This document shows positions 39,646 through 49,973 of a stretch of 64,000 nt of DNA, in pieces. Source of the stretch: an uncultured delta proteobacterium (GTDB lineage: Bacteria; Myxococcota_A; Polyangia; Polyangiales; Polyangiaceae); contig CAWJCS010000003.1 of the NCBI GenBank assembly GCA_963841435.1, positions 192,001 through 256,000 of the forward strand, written 5' to 3'. The position numbers were made by a program, and so were the translations under genes. Positions within the stretch are counted from its first letter, which is position 1. Every line of letters starts with the position of its first letter. A model generated the notes under the pieces. That model had not been told where the DNA came from. It was given only the letters and a program-made list of their open reading frames with translations, and searched no databases.

Positions 39646-42567
39646 GTGCGGGGCCTTTCGGCAGCGGCGTTCGGTCTCTTTCTGTCGTCAACCGGGTGCT
39701 CCACGGCGGAGGGGTGCCTCGGCGGCGACGACGGCCGTTGCCTGCCGTCGAGCGCCTGCGACAGGCTCGCCTTTTCTTGCGAAGACCCGAGCCTCGACGT
39801 TGCCTGGGTGAGCCCGGCCACGCCGCCCATCGACGGCCAGAAGGCGGCGCTCGCGTCGGGCAATCTCGTGCTTTCGAGCTCGCGCGTGCGCGCCGTCTTC
39901 GACGCGCTCGACACCCCCCACGCGCTCGCGCCGAGCGGCGGCTCGCTCGTCAACCTCGCACCGGCGGTGGGCGGTGACGACGGTCTGAACGAGGCGTTCC
40001 AAGCGGTCGGCATCCTGCCGGACGACGCCGTGCGCTATGTCGCCGTCAACGTTCTCGACGAGCGGCCGAAGAGCCTCTCGCTCGTGTACCGCGGGCATCT
40101 CAATCTGAGACCCGAGTTTTCGGTCGTGACGCGTTACGAGCTGCGGCCCTGCGAGCCCGGCTTGCGCGTCCGCACCGAGATCCACCACGGTGGGCGCGAC
40201 CCGTTGACGCTGTTTCCCGCCGACGCGTTCTTCTGGGGAGACCGCGGGCACCTGCCCTTCACGCCGGGCCAGAATCTCGGCTTCTCCCACCCCGAGGTCG
40301 AGCTCGAGACGCTCGGTGATTCCTTCGTCGAAGCGCGCTTCCTCACCGCCGCCGCGCCCGGTACGAACGACGCCGCGTACGCGCTCGTGCGCTGCGATGC
40401 CAGCCTGCTCACCGGCTTCCACAGCTCGACAATCTCGGCCGTGGGCGCCGAACGCCGCATCGTGATGCCCGGCGACAGCGCGGCGTTCGAGCGCTTCATC
40501 GGCGTCGCGGCCGGCCCGGGGCACGCCCGGGCGATCGACGTGGCGTCCGAGCTCAGGACCGAGCTCTACGGCGAGCGGTACGAGGCCATCTCGGGCTCGA
40601 TCGTCGACGAGCTCGGCCAGCCCGTGAGCGGCGACGGTGAGCGCGTCGCCGTGCTCGTGATCGACGCAGGACCGCGCGGCTCGGCCGCGCTCGACGGCGC
40701 GGTCGTCGCCGAGGCCGCGCCGGAGCCGGACGGCACGTTCCACGTGCGCGTGCCGAGCGGCCGCCGCTACGAGCTTTCCGTGCTCCTGTTCGGTCGGGTG
40801 CTAAAAGAGCGCTTCGGCGTCGATCCCGACACGCGCTCGGCGGGGACCATGGTCGTTCCGGCGTGGGCCAGCGTAACGGCGTCGGTCGTCAACGCCACGG
40901 GGGCGCCGCTCGTCGCCGAGATCGTGCTGGTGCCGGCCAATCCCGAGGCCGCTGGGCAAACGGCCGGTTCCTTCTTCGGCGAGCAACGCGAGGACCATTG
41001 CGCGCCGTTCCTCGGGCCGCCGCACGGCTCGTCGCCCGCCTGCAACCGCGTGCTCTTCGATGCTTCGGGCACAGCGTCCTTCGCGGTGCCGCCCGGTGAC
41101 TACTTCGCTTACGCGACGCACGGCCCGTATTTCACGCTCGGCCGACAGCGCGTGACGCTCGAGCCGGGCGACACCCGGGCCCTGGATTTTCGGCTGGAAC
41201 CGCTCTCGCTCTTGCCGACGGGCGCCCTCTCCGCCGATCTCCACGTGCACGGCGCAGCGAGCTTCGACAGCAGCCTGCCGGATCGCGACCGCGCGTTGTC
41301 GTTCGTGGCCGAGGACGTGGACGTCATTGCCGCGACCGACCACAACGTCGTGAGCGACTATCGCGCGGCCATTCGGAGCCTGGGCATCGGCGACCGCGTG
41401 CGCGTGCTGCCGGGCGTCGAGACCACGGGGCAGATCCTATTTTACGACCCGCCGGGCGCCGATGTACCGAAAGTCATCGGGCACTTCAACTTCTGGCCCC
41501 TTACGTACGACGCGCTCGCGCCTCGTCACGGCGCGCCGAACGACGAGCGGCTCGAGCCGGGGGCCCTCTTCGAGCGCATGCGCCCGCTGTACGACGGCAC
41601 GGGCGTCGCGCAGCTCAACCACCCTTACGCCGACGACAGCTTCGGCCGCGACCAGGGCTACCTCGCGGCCGTCGGCTACGATCCGCGCAAGAACGTGCCC
41701 GCGGCGCCGGACGGGACGCCCGAGGGGGAGCTTTCGCGCCGCGCGCGCGGCGGCACCTCGAACCTCGGCTTCGACATAGAGGAGGTCATGAACGGCGCCT
41801 CCGTGCGGCGTTTCTTCCACTATCGCGCGGCGTGGTTCTCGTTCCTGAGTCAGGGCATCCTGCGCGCGGGCACCGCCAACAGCGACTCGCACACGCTTTC
41901 GATCGAGCTCTTGGGCTACCCGCGTACGGTCGTCTTCGACCAGGGGGCGCTCGCCGATTTCGACATCGAGCGTTTCGACGCTGCCGTGCGGCAGGGTCGG
42001 AGCTTCGGCAGCAACGGGCCCGTGCTCCTCGCCTGTGTCGAAGACGGCGGCGATTGCCGGAGGCCGTCACTCGACGCGTTCTCGCCTTCCCGCGGCGCCG
42101 CCTTGCGCATCATGGTCTCCGCAGCCCCGTGGATCCCGGTCGAGGAAGCGCGCGTGTACGTCAACGGCAAGCTCGCGCGCTCGTTGCCCGTGGATGCAGC
42201 GCCGGACGACGCGTTCGGCACGTCCGGGCTCGAGCGGCTCGATGCAAGCGTGCCGCTGTCCAATCTCGCGGCGGCGGCCGGTGAGGGGCACGACTATTTC
42301 ATCGTCGTCGAAGCGGGCATGAAGCTTCCGCTCGCCTTCGACCTCGTCAACGACGACGGCCTCGTGGACACGACCGACAACGACGGCAACGGCCGTGTGG
42401 ACGCGGCCGACGGCGCCGGCACCTTTCGCGAGCCCGGCCGCGTCCCGACCGACAATCCGCGCTTCCACTTCCAGAGCGTGGCGCCGGGCGTGTTGCCGCT
42501 CGCCTTCTCCAACCCGTTCCTCGTCAACGTCGACGGGGGTGGGTTCCGCGCACCGAGGCAGCGGTGA
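39646..42567 (+). CDS. Large lipoprotein with PHP-fold (CehA/McbA-like) metallohydrolase domain
   Basis: Lipobox STGC; ADLHVH, ATDHN, GHFN, NHP and NSDSH metal-ligand motifs. Confidence 0.8.
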   Translation: MRGLSAAAFGLFLSSTGCSTAEGCLGGDDGRCLPSSACDRLAFSCEDPSLDVAWVSPATPPIDGQKAALASGNLVLSSSRVRAVFDALDTPHALAPSGGSLVNLAPAVGGDDGLNEAFQAVGILPDDAVRYVAVNVLDERPKSLSLVYRGHLNLRPEFSVVTRYELRPCEPGLRVRTEIHHGGRDPLTLFPADAFFWGDRGHLPFTPGQNLGFSHPEVELETLGDSFVEARFLTAAAPGTNDAAYALVRCDASLLTGFHSSTISAVGAERRIVMPGDSAAFERFIGVAAGPGHARAIDVASELRTELYGERYEAISGSIVDELGQPVSGDGERVAVLVIDAGPRGSAALDGAVVAEAAPEPDGTFHVRVPSGRRYELSVLLFGRVLKERFGVDPDTRSAGTMVVPAWASVTASVVNATGAPLVAEIVLVPANPEAAGQTAGSFFGEQREDHCAPFLGPPHGSSPACNRVLFDASGTASFAVPPGDYFAYATHGPYFTLGRQRVTLEPGDTRALDFRLEPLSLLPTGALSADLHVHGAASFDSSLPDRDRALSFVAEDVDVIAATDHNVVSDYRAAIRSLGIGDRVRVLPGVETTGQILFYDPPGADVPKVIGHFNFWPLTYDALAPRHGAPNDERLEPGALFERMRPLYDGTGVAQLNHPYADDSFGRDQGYLAAVGYDPRKNVPAAPDGTPEGELSRRARGGTSNLGFDIEEVMNGASVRRFFHYRAAWFSFLSQGILRAGTANSDSHTLSIELLGYPRTVVFDQGALADFDIERFDAAVRQGRSFGSNGPVLLACVEDGGDCRRPSLDAFSPSRGAALRIMVSAAPWIPVEEARVYVNGKLARSLPVDAAPDDAFGTSGLERLDASVPLSNLAAAAGEGHDYFIVVEAGMKLPLAFDLVNDDGLVDTTDNDGNGRVDAADGAGTFREPGRVPTDNPRFHFQSVAPGVLPLAFSNPFLVNVDGGGFRAPRQR

Positions 42568-43397
42568 GGCGGCTCTCGGGCTGCTTGTTCGCCTGCGGCG
42601 CCGTGCTCCGCGCGCCCGCGGCGTCGGCGGCCTGCGACCCGAGCGCACCCGACGCCGGAACGCCCGCGCGGATCGGAGCGGGCCCGGCCGGCTTCGGCGC
42701 GCTGCCGGAGGCCTGCGCCGGCACCGATGTCTCGCTTTCGGCCGACGGCGCGCTACTCGTCAACACCGGCAACTTCTACGGCTCGCTCGAGGCGGCGGCC
42801 GCGGTGCGAGCTCGCTACGCGTTCGGCGAGCGCCTCTGGATCTCGGCGTTCCTGCCGGGGCCCGATTTCCGCTACGTCGCCAACGCCACGGTCGACGCCT
42901 CGTCGCTCGACCTCGGGCCGATGGCGTTCGGGTTGCACGTGAGCGTTCCGTTCGCGCGCCGCGGCCGGCTCGCCCCGTTCGCGCGCGTGCTCGTCCCGAC
43001 CGAAACCGTGTTCGAGAACGCCGTCCGCTACGGCGTCGAGCAGGGTTTTTCCGTGGCGTGGCCGCTCCGGCCAGACCTCGAGCTGCTCGGCGGCGTGACC
43101 TTCCCGCTGCTCCTCACGGACGGCTCGGGCACCGTGCACGCGAGCTTCGGCCCGGGCGCGGGCGCCGAAGCCGTCTTCACACCGCTCCGCTTTTTCAGCG
43201 TGCTGGGCGGCTTCATGCTGCGCCTGCGCGGCGGGGACGACGCCGGCTTCGAGAGCTTCGATCCGCTGCTCGGCGTGCGCTTCTTCCCGTTCCCCGGATT
43301 CCACGTCGAGCTCGCCGCACGAGCGCCGCTCTTTGGCCACGACCGCACGGACCTAGCCCTTGCGCTGAACGTGGGTTACGCGTTCGGCGCACGCTGA
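42564..43397 (+). CDS. Predicted outer-membrane beta-barrel protein
   Basis: Signal peptide; amphipathic strands; LNVGYAF near the C-terminus; GTGA overlap. Confidence 0.65.
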   Translation: MRRLSGCLFACGAVLRAPAASAACDPSAPDAGTPARIGAGPAGFGALPEACAGTDVSLSADGALLVNTGNFYGSLEAAAAVRARYAFGERLWISAFLPGPDFRYVANATVDASSLDLGPMAFGLHVSVPFARRGRLAPFARVLVPTETVFENAVRYGVEQGFSVAWPLRPDLELLGGVTFPLLLTDGSGTVHASFGPGAGAEAVFTPLRFFSVLGGFMLRLRGGDDAGFESFDPLLGVRFFPFPGFHVELAARAPLFGHDRTDLALALNVGYAFGAR

Positions 43398-43454
43398 GCG
43401 GACCGCGGCGAAGGCACGCCTTCCTGCGAAAAACGGTGCTAGGGAGCGCGCTAA

Positions 43455-44792
43455 GTGCCTTCTCCAGAAAGTCACCCCGAGGTGTGCGTGATCGGCGCCG
43501 GCTCGTCGGGCCTCGTCGCGATCAAAGCGCTCAAGGACGCCGGCGTGACGTTCGACTGCTTCGAGGAAAGCGATCGCCCGGGGGGACTCTGGGTATTCAA
43601 GAACCCGAACGAAAAGAGCGCCGCGTACCGCTCGCTCCGTATCAACACCTCGCGCGACCGCATGCAGTACGCCGACTTTCCGATGCCCAAGAGCTACCCC
43701 GACTACCCGGGGCACGCCGAGATCGCCGCCTACTTCGCGGCGTACGTGGAACGCTTCGGTCTGCTCGCGGATATCCAGCTCGGCACGCGGGTCGAGCGCG
43801 CGACGCGCTCGGACGACGGTCGCTTCGCCGTCGAGACGAGCGACGGCAAGCGTCGCTCCTACCGCGCGCTCATCGTCGCGAACGGCCACCACTGGGATCC
43901 CAAGCTGCCCGACCCGCCCTTTGCGGGGCATTTCAGCGGGGTCTCGTTCCACTCGTCGGCCTACGTGGACCCGCACGAGCCCCATGATCTGGTCGGCAAG
44001 CGCGTGCTGGTCGTCGGGTTCGGCAACAGCGCCGTCAACGTCGCGAGCGAGCTCGCGAAACCGGGCGGTGCCGCGCGCGTCGTGCTTTCCACCCGACGCG
44101 GCGCGTGGGTGCTCCCCAAGATGGTGTTCGGGCGCCCGCTCGACCAGCTCGGCGTGACGCCGAGCTTCCTGCCGCTGCGGGTGCGGCAGGCGATCGGCCA
44201 GGCGCTCTACCGCATCGTCATCGGGCGGCTCGAGGACTACGGGTTGCCGAGGCCCGACCACTTGCTCGGCGGCGCGCACCCCACGCTCTCGAGCGAGCTC
44301 TTGCCGTTGCTTGCCGCAGGGCGCGTGACGCGGCGGCCGAACGTGCGAAACCTCGCGGGGAGCACGGTCGAGTTCGAGGACGGCACGCACGAGGAGCTGG
44401 ATGCCATCGTGTACGCGACGGGGTACAAGGTGAGCTTTCCCTTCTTCGACCCCGCGTTCGTCTCCGCCCCCGACAACGACTTATCCCTCTATTTTCGTAC
44501 TTTTCACCCCGACATTCAATACCTTTACTTCGTGGGCCTCGCGCAGCCGCTCGGTGCGATCATGCCGATCGCCGAGGCGCAGGCAAAGCTCGTCGCGGCG
44601 CATCTCACGGGAAAGTACGCGACGCCCCCGGGCGAGGCGATGCGCGAGGCGGCGAGCGCCGAGCGCCGTGCCGTTGCCAACCGCTACGTGCGCTCGAGCC
44701 GGCACACCATGCAGGTCGATTTCGACGAGTTCATGCTCGCGCTCGCCCGTGAGCGTGTCGAAGGCGAGCGGCGCGCGCGTTCGAGGCGCTGA
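43455..44792 (+). CDS. Flavin-containing monooxygenase (FMO)
   Basis: GAGSSG, GGLW, FSGVSFHSSAY (FMO motif), GFGNSA, YATGY. Confidence 0.92.
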   Translation: MPSPESHPEVCVIGAGSSGLVAIKALKDAGVTFDCFEESDRPGGLWVFKNPNEKSAAYRSLRINTSRDRMQYADFPMPKSYPDYPGHAEIAAYFAAYVERFGLLADIQLGTRVERATRSDDGRFAVETSDGKRRSYRALIVANGHHWDPKLPDPPFAGHFSGVSFHSSAYVDPHEPHDLVGKRVLVVGFGNSAVNVASELAKPGGAARVVLSTRRGAWVLPKMVFGRPLDQLGVTPSFLPLRVRQAIGQALYRIVIGRLEDYGLPRPDHLLGGAHPTLSSELLPLLAAGRVTRRPNVRNLAGSTVEFEDGTHEELDAIVYATGYKVSFPFFDPAFVSAPDNDLSLYFRTFHPDIQYLYFVGLAQPLGAIMPIAEAQAKLVAAHLTGKYATPPGEAMREAASAERRAVANRYVRSSRHTMQVDFDEFMLALARERVEGERRARSRR

Positions 44793-44796
44793 GCGG

Positions 44797-46587
44797 TCAG
44801 CCGCGCAGCGCGGCGCTGGCGACGCGTGCGAGCCCCAGGGGACCCGGGGAGAGCGTGAAGTCGGCGAGCCGCTCGGCGAGCCGCCGCCGCGTGCGATGCC
44901 CGACGTACCAGACCGGCTTGGGAACGGCGACGAGAGGCCCCCGCAGCACCGTTTTCTCGACGTGCCGGAGCAGGAGCGCATTGTGGCCCCAGCCGAGTCC
45001 GCTCTGCACGTTCTCGAGCGTGCTCGAAGGGTGCCCTCCCCACGGCAGCGTGCCGAGCCCGTAGCTGACCGCGGGCCACACGTTGACGCACACGGAGCCG
45101 TAGCGAAGCGCCGCGACCGCGCGCTCGAGCGCGGCGGCCGTCGCGGCATCGGCCTCGATGGCGCTCGGCACGACGAGCATCGCGTTCAGCGTGCCCCAGA
45201 CGCGCTCGTTCACGAAGCGTGTCGCCTCGTCCAAGAACTCGAGCGGGTCGCCGCTGCCCACGGGCACCTCCGAGAGCACGGCACAGAACGGCTCGTCGGA
45301 GAAGCACGCGGCGGGCTCCGCGGGATCGAGATCGGTGACGAACGACCAGGGCACGACGGCGGGCGCGTCGCTCTTGCCGGCGAGCACGCGCTCAGAGCCC
45401 CCACCGAACGAGCGCAGCCTGCCCTCATGGCTGAAACGCCGGTATTTGGCGAGAGCGCCCGGATAATAGGCGAGCCGGGGCTCCGTCCGCTCGAGCACAC
45501 GCGCCATCGCCGCGAGCAGCCGCTCGCGAAGCTCCGTGCCATGCGGCGTGATGATGAGCTTGGTCGCGTTGCAGTTGAACCCGGCGTTGAACGCGAACGA
45601 GCCGACCAGGCTCTCGGCGGCGTGCATGAGCTCTCAATCCGTGTAGTGCCCGGGAACGACGAGCGCGGGGCTCACGTTGCCGAGCTCGCTCGTCACCGGT
45701 TTTTTCAGCAGCGGATCGCGCGCGGCCTTGCGCGCGGCTCGGCCTTTCGTCGGTCCCCAGACGATGGCCTCGTGGGTTTCGTAAGCGCCCGTCACGTGGA
45801 CGACGTCGACGGCCGGGTGCGCAACGAGGAGCTCGCCGAGCTCGCGTCCGCCGTAGACGAACGCGAGAAAGCCGCGCTTCACGAGCGGAGCGAACGCGAG
45901 CTCGAGCAATGGGCCGAGGTAGTCGTTGGCGGGGCTCGCTTTGTAAACGCACGCACGACCGTGAACGAAGATCTGCTGGAGCGCGTCGACGACGCCGATG
46001 GACGTGACGTTGCCGGCCCCGAGCACGAGCGCGACCGCGCTCGTCGAGGACGGCACGTCGCGGGGCGCGAGGGTCACCTCTTTCGGATCGACCTCGCGGT
46101 CGAGCAGGGCCGTGGCGCTCCAGCGCGGTGCGACGACGGCCTCGTAAGCGTCGCGCGGCAGCACGTCGACGACGGTACGGCCGCCCTCGAGACGCGCGTC
46201 CCCGGCACCGATGTCGCCGCGCCCCTCGAGGGTTCGCGCGAGCTCCACGGCGTAGCGGACGACGATGACGGGGCCGTCGAGGGCGGGCTCGCCGGAGAGC
46301 GGACCGTCGTTCGGGATGCCCTTCGCCTTCGCGTCGAGGGCGATGATGCGGGAGCCAACCTCGTGAAAACGACGCGCAGCGTCCCGCAACAGCGCGGCCC
46401 GTTCGGGCGCGCCCAGCCGAGCGAGCCGCGGCGCGGCAGCGGAGAGCCGGGCAAGCGCCGCATCGACCGCGGCAGGCTCCGTGGGCGGGGGCCGCGCGGG
46501 CCCGGGCTCCCGGGCTCCCGGAGCCACCCCGGGGGGCGGGTTCTCGGGGTCCGGGCCCCGGTGTTTCGAGCCAGATCCCGAATCCAT
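44797..46587 (-). pseudogene. Aldehyde dehydrogenase family protein split by an in-frame TGA at 45634-45636
   Basis: LGAGNV, HVTG, TSELGNV, NAGFNC, EPFC, GTLN; both ORF halves are in the same frame. Confidence 0.8.
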
Positions 46588-46694
46588 GGTCGAGCTCCCA
46601 TTGCCCGCCGCTCGCGGAGGTGCAACGCAGGGGAAACAGCGTAGCATTAGCGAGCGGGGGACGTTCCTTTTTGAGTCACGAAGAGCGCACACCG

Positions 46695-47897
46695 ATGGAG
46701 AGTCCCGTTTCTTCGAAAGAGCCCGACAAGGGGAGCGCGGAGCCCGTCGGCGCCGCCGTCGAACGCTCTCGTAGCAGCCGGCCCCCGGCCACCGCCCGGC
46801 GAACCAGCAGCAGCGCTCACATGCAGGCCGCGCTGAACGCCAGCGGTCGCGCGGAAGCGAGCCTCACCACGCTGATGCGCGCCATCCGCGACCTCAGCTC
46901 GGGCGTGAGCGGCGCGCGCGAGGCAAACCTTCAGCTCCTGCGGGAGCTCGAGGCCATGGCCGACATGCTCGGCTCCGCGAACGAACAGCAGCTCGCGATG
47001 AAGAATCGCGTCGCGCTGCTCGAGCAGACCCTCGAGCGGGTGCACCAGGAGGCCGCGGCCGAACGAGGCTACATCCTCGACCAGCAGGACGCCTTCATCG
47101 CCGCAATGATGGAGGACCACGAGCAGGTGCTCGTGGAGCTGCATCGTGAGCTCGAGGTCGCTCGCGCAAGGCCGAGCCAGCGCCCGACGACGCTGCCGGA
47201 TTTCCCCGGCGTCTCCGCACCCGGCGAGCAGAGCGATCTGCGCTCCGCGCTCGACGCGGCGGAGCGCACGATCGAAAAGCTCTTCGCCGAGCGCGATCGT
47301 GCACGCGAGACGCTACTCAAGCTGCAGGCCCAGCGCGACGAAGCGCAGGCCACCGTCGCGCGCCTCACGCGCGAGCGCGATCAAGCCCGCGCCGACCACT
47401 CGCACTCGCGCATCAACGACGCCATGCGCCAGGCCATCCCGCCGAGCACGACGCCGCTGCCCGGCTTGCGCGCCGCCTCGACGCTGCCACCCACGGAGGA
47501 GACGCCCCGGCCGCCGGAGCTCGGGCCCGAGAGCCCAGTGGCCGCGCCCTCGTCGGCACCCGTGCGGGTCGGCAGCATGTCGCGCCCGCGCGCCCCGGCG
47601 CTCGAGCTTTCCCCGCGCGAGGTCCCGAACCGGCCCTCGCCGCCGCCCGAGGAGCTTCGCGCCGCGCTCCACCCACCGAGCTCGAAGCCTTCGGGCGTCG
47701 CGCTCGGCGTGCCCGCCGCGGAGGAACAGCGCGACACACCGCCCGGCCCGCCCGTGCTGAGCGACGCGCCCCCGCCACCCGCGGTCTCGCCATCCAAGGA
47801 GCCGGGGCCGCGCAGCGGCGGCGGGTACTCGCTGACGAACAGCGTCGCGCCCGAGCACATTCCGACATCGCACGTCTCGCGAGCGCCACGGCGCTGA
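46695..47897 (+). CDS. Coiled-coil protein with Pro-rich C-terminus
   Basis: Two long heptad-like helical blocks (ERDRARE..., QRDEAQ) followed by a disordered tail. Confidence 0.7.
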   Translation: MESPVSSKEPDKGSAEPVGAAVERSRSSRPPATARRTSSSAHMQAALNASGRAEASLTTLMRAIRDLSSGVSGAREANLQLLRELEAMADMLGSANEQQLAMKNRVALLEQTLERVHQEAAAERGYILDQQDAFIAAMMEDHEQVLVELHRELEVARARPSQRPTTLPDFPGVSAPGEQSDLRSALDAAERTIEKLFAERDRARETLLKLQAQRDEAQATVARLTRERDQARADHSHSRINDAMRQAIPPSTTPLPGLRAASTLPPTEETPRPPELGPESPVAAPSSAPVRVGSMSRPRAPALELSPREVPNRPSPPPEELRAALHPPSSKPSGVALGVPAAEEQRDTPPGPPVLSDAPPPPAVSPSKEPGPRSGGGYSLTNSVAPEHIPTSHVSRAPRR

Positions 47898-47917
47898 GCC
47901 AGGACTCCGTCCCTCTC

Positions 47918-48724
47918 GTGTCGGGCCGGGCGCTTCCCAAAGCCGCGACGCTGTGGACCGCCGCAGCGTGCCTGCTCGCGCTCCTCGCGCTCTGCTTCCC
48001 GCTGCTGGCGCTGCCGGTGTCGCTCTTCGTGTTTTTGAGCTTTCTCGCGTCGCCGCGCGAGCCCATTGCGACACTGCGCGCGCGGCGCGTCGCACACGCC
48101 GCCGCCGGCGTCGTCGCGATGGTCGCCTTCGGCCTCTTCATGGTGCGCGAGGCCGTGCCCGGCATCGTCGAGGGCGGCACGCGGGCGGCGGGCGGGCGCG
48201 CGATCTCGCGGCTGCGCGAGATCCTCTTCGCCGAGGACGCCGCGCGCAAGCACCCGGGCTGGGATCCCGACCGCGACGGCGTCGGCTCCGCGCTGCTCGT
48301 CGGCGAGCTCAGCGGCGAGCTCGGTATGCGTGGTCAGGCGCGGGTCGATCCACCGCTGCTCGAAGGCTACCCGAAGAGCGAGCCGGTCTCGGCGGGGCGG
48401 GCCCTCGAGGTCGGCGAGTTCTGGTTCATGGTGTGCTTGCCGACGCGCGGCGGGCTGTCGAGCGAGCCGGGCGCGCCGTTCGACGACGAGCTCGCCGAAC
48501 GGCGCTTCGTCGCCTACGCGTGGCCCTCGGGCAGAGCGCCGGGGCTCTCGCGCGCTTACTTCATCGACGAGCACGACCGCATTCTTTCCGCGCACTCGGA
48601 CGCAGGCGTGCGCTTCGGCATGAATCACGCCCCGAACTGCGACGACGCGCTCGCCCCCGCGACGCGGGGCGACTGGTCGGTGTGGCGCGACAAGAAACCC
48701 CGCGACAAGCTGCCGGGCGGGTGA
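47918..48724 (+). CDS. Membrane protein with a pilin-like periplasmic domain
   Basis: N-terminal TM helices; AISRLREI..AE, DPDRDGVG, FVAYAWP, RAYFID pattern. Confidence 0.55.
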   Translation: MSGRALPKAATLWTAAACLLALLALCFPLLALPVSLFVFLSFLASPREPIATLRARRVAHAAAGVVAMVAFGLFMVREAVPGIVEGGTRAAGGRAISRLREILFAEDAARKHPGWDPDRDGVGSALLVGELSGELGMRGQARVDPPLLEGYPKSEPVSAGRALEVGEFWFMVCLPTRGGLSSEPGAPFDDELAERRFVAYAWPSGRAPGLSRAYFIDEHDRILSAHSDAGVRFGMNHAPNCDDALAPATRGDWSVWRDKKPRDKLPGG

Positions 48725-48746
48725 GAATGCTCGCCCACTTCGTGCC

Positions 48747-49928
48747 ATGAGCCCCGAGTACAAGAGCGAGGAGAACCGCGACGTGCCACCGGCGCGCCCG
48801 GGCGAGTTCGCGCCACTCCGGCTAGGCCCGCGGCTCGTCGTGTCGCCTCCGGTCGTGCTCGCGCCCATGGCTGGGGTCACGAACTACCCGTTCCGACGGC
48901 TCTGCCGGCGGTTCGGCGCCGGGCTTTACGTGAGCGAGATGATCACGGCGCGGCCGCTCGTCGAGGGCAACCAGAAGACGCTCAGAATCGCCGACTTCGG
49001 GCCCGAGGAGACGCCGCGGAGCCTGCAGCTCTACGGCGTGGATCCCTACTACGTGGGCGAGGCCGTGCGGCGCCTCGTCGGCGAAGGGCGCGTCGATCAC
49101 ATCGACATGAATTTCGGCTGCCCCGTGCGCAAGGTGACGTCGAAAGGTGGCGGCGCGGCGATTCCCGCCAAGCCGCGCCTGCTCGCGAACATCGTGCGCG
49201 CGGCCGTGCGCGCCGCGGGCGACGTGCCCGTCACCATCAAGTTCAGGCTCGGCATCGACGAGCGCGTGATCACCTACCTCGACGCGGGACGCGTCGGCGA
49301 GGCCGAAGGCGTCCGTGCCGTCGCGCTCCACGCCCGCACGGCCGCCGACCTCTACGACGGCGCGGCGCGCTGGGACGCGATCGCGGAGCTGAAGCGCGCG
49401 GTACGGGTGCCCGTGCTCGGCAACGGCGACATCTGGGAGGCCGAGGACGCGCTTCGCATGCTGCGCACCACGGGGTGCGACGGCGTGGTCATCGGGCGCG
49501 GCTGCCTCGGACGGCCCTGGTTGTTTCGCGACCTCGACGACCTGCTCTCGGGCCGCGAGGCCCGGGACCCGCCGCGCCTCGGCGAGATCGCCGCGATCAT
49601 GCACGAGCACGCGGCGTCGCTCGCCGAGTGGGTCGGCGAAAGCGCGGCCATGCGTGCCTTCCGCCGCCACGCGACCTGGTACACGAAGGGCTTCCGCGGC
49701 AGCGCCGCCCTGCGCGGACGTTTCATGCAAGTGACGACTCTGGGGGAGCTCGATGACCTGCTGGGGCAGCTTGACCCGAGCGAGCGATTCCCCCCGAGCG
49801 CCATGCGGGTCCCCCGGGGCAAGGCCTCGGGCAGGCAGACGGTGAGTTTGCCACCAGGCTATCTGGATGACCGGCAAGACCCCACACCACCGAGCGCAGC
49901 GGCCGAGGACGGCCTTTCCGGCGGATGA
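48747..49928 (+). CDS. dusB: tRNA-dihydrouridine synthase
   Basis: LAPMAGVT, IDMNFGCP, VTIKFR, LHART, GNGDI, IGRG. Confidence 0.93.
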   Translation: MSPEYKSEENRDVPPARPGEFAPLRLGPRLVVSPPVVLAPMAGVTNYPFRRLCRRFGAGLYVSEMITARPLVEGNQKTLRIADFGPEETPRSLQLYGVDPYYVGEAVRRLVGEGRVDHIDMNFGCPVRKVTSKGGGAAIPAKPRLLANIVRAAVRAAGDVPVTIKFRLGIDERVITYLDAGRVGEAEGVRAVALHARTAADLYDGAARWDAIAELKRAVRVPVLGNGDIWEAEDALRMLRTTGCDGVVIGRGCLGRPWLFRDLDDLLSGREARDPPRLGEIAAIMHEHAASLAEWVGESAAMRAFRRHATWYTKGFRGSAALRGRFMQVTTLGELDDLLGQLDPSERFPPSAMRVPRGKASGRQTVSLPPGYLDDRQDPTPPSAAAEDGLSGG

Positions 49929-49973
49929 CCGATGCCCGAGCTTGGAGTAGGCTTCGGCCGTACGGGTGGCGCA

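Noticed and set aside
45634-45636. Selenocysteine at the ALDH TGA
   Set aside because: Not at the catalytic Cys position; short hairpins are common at this GC content
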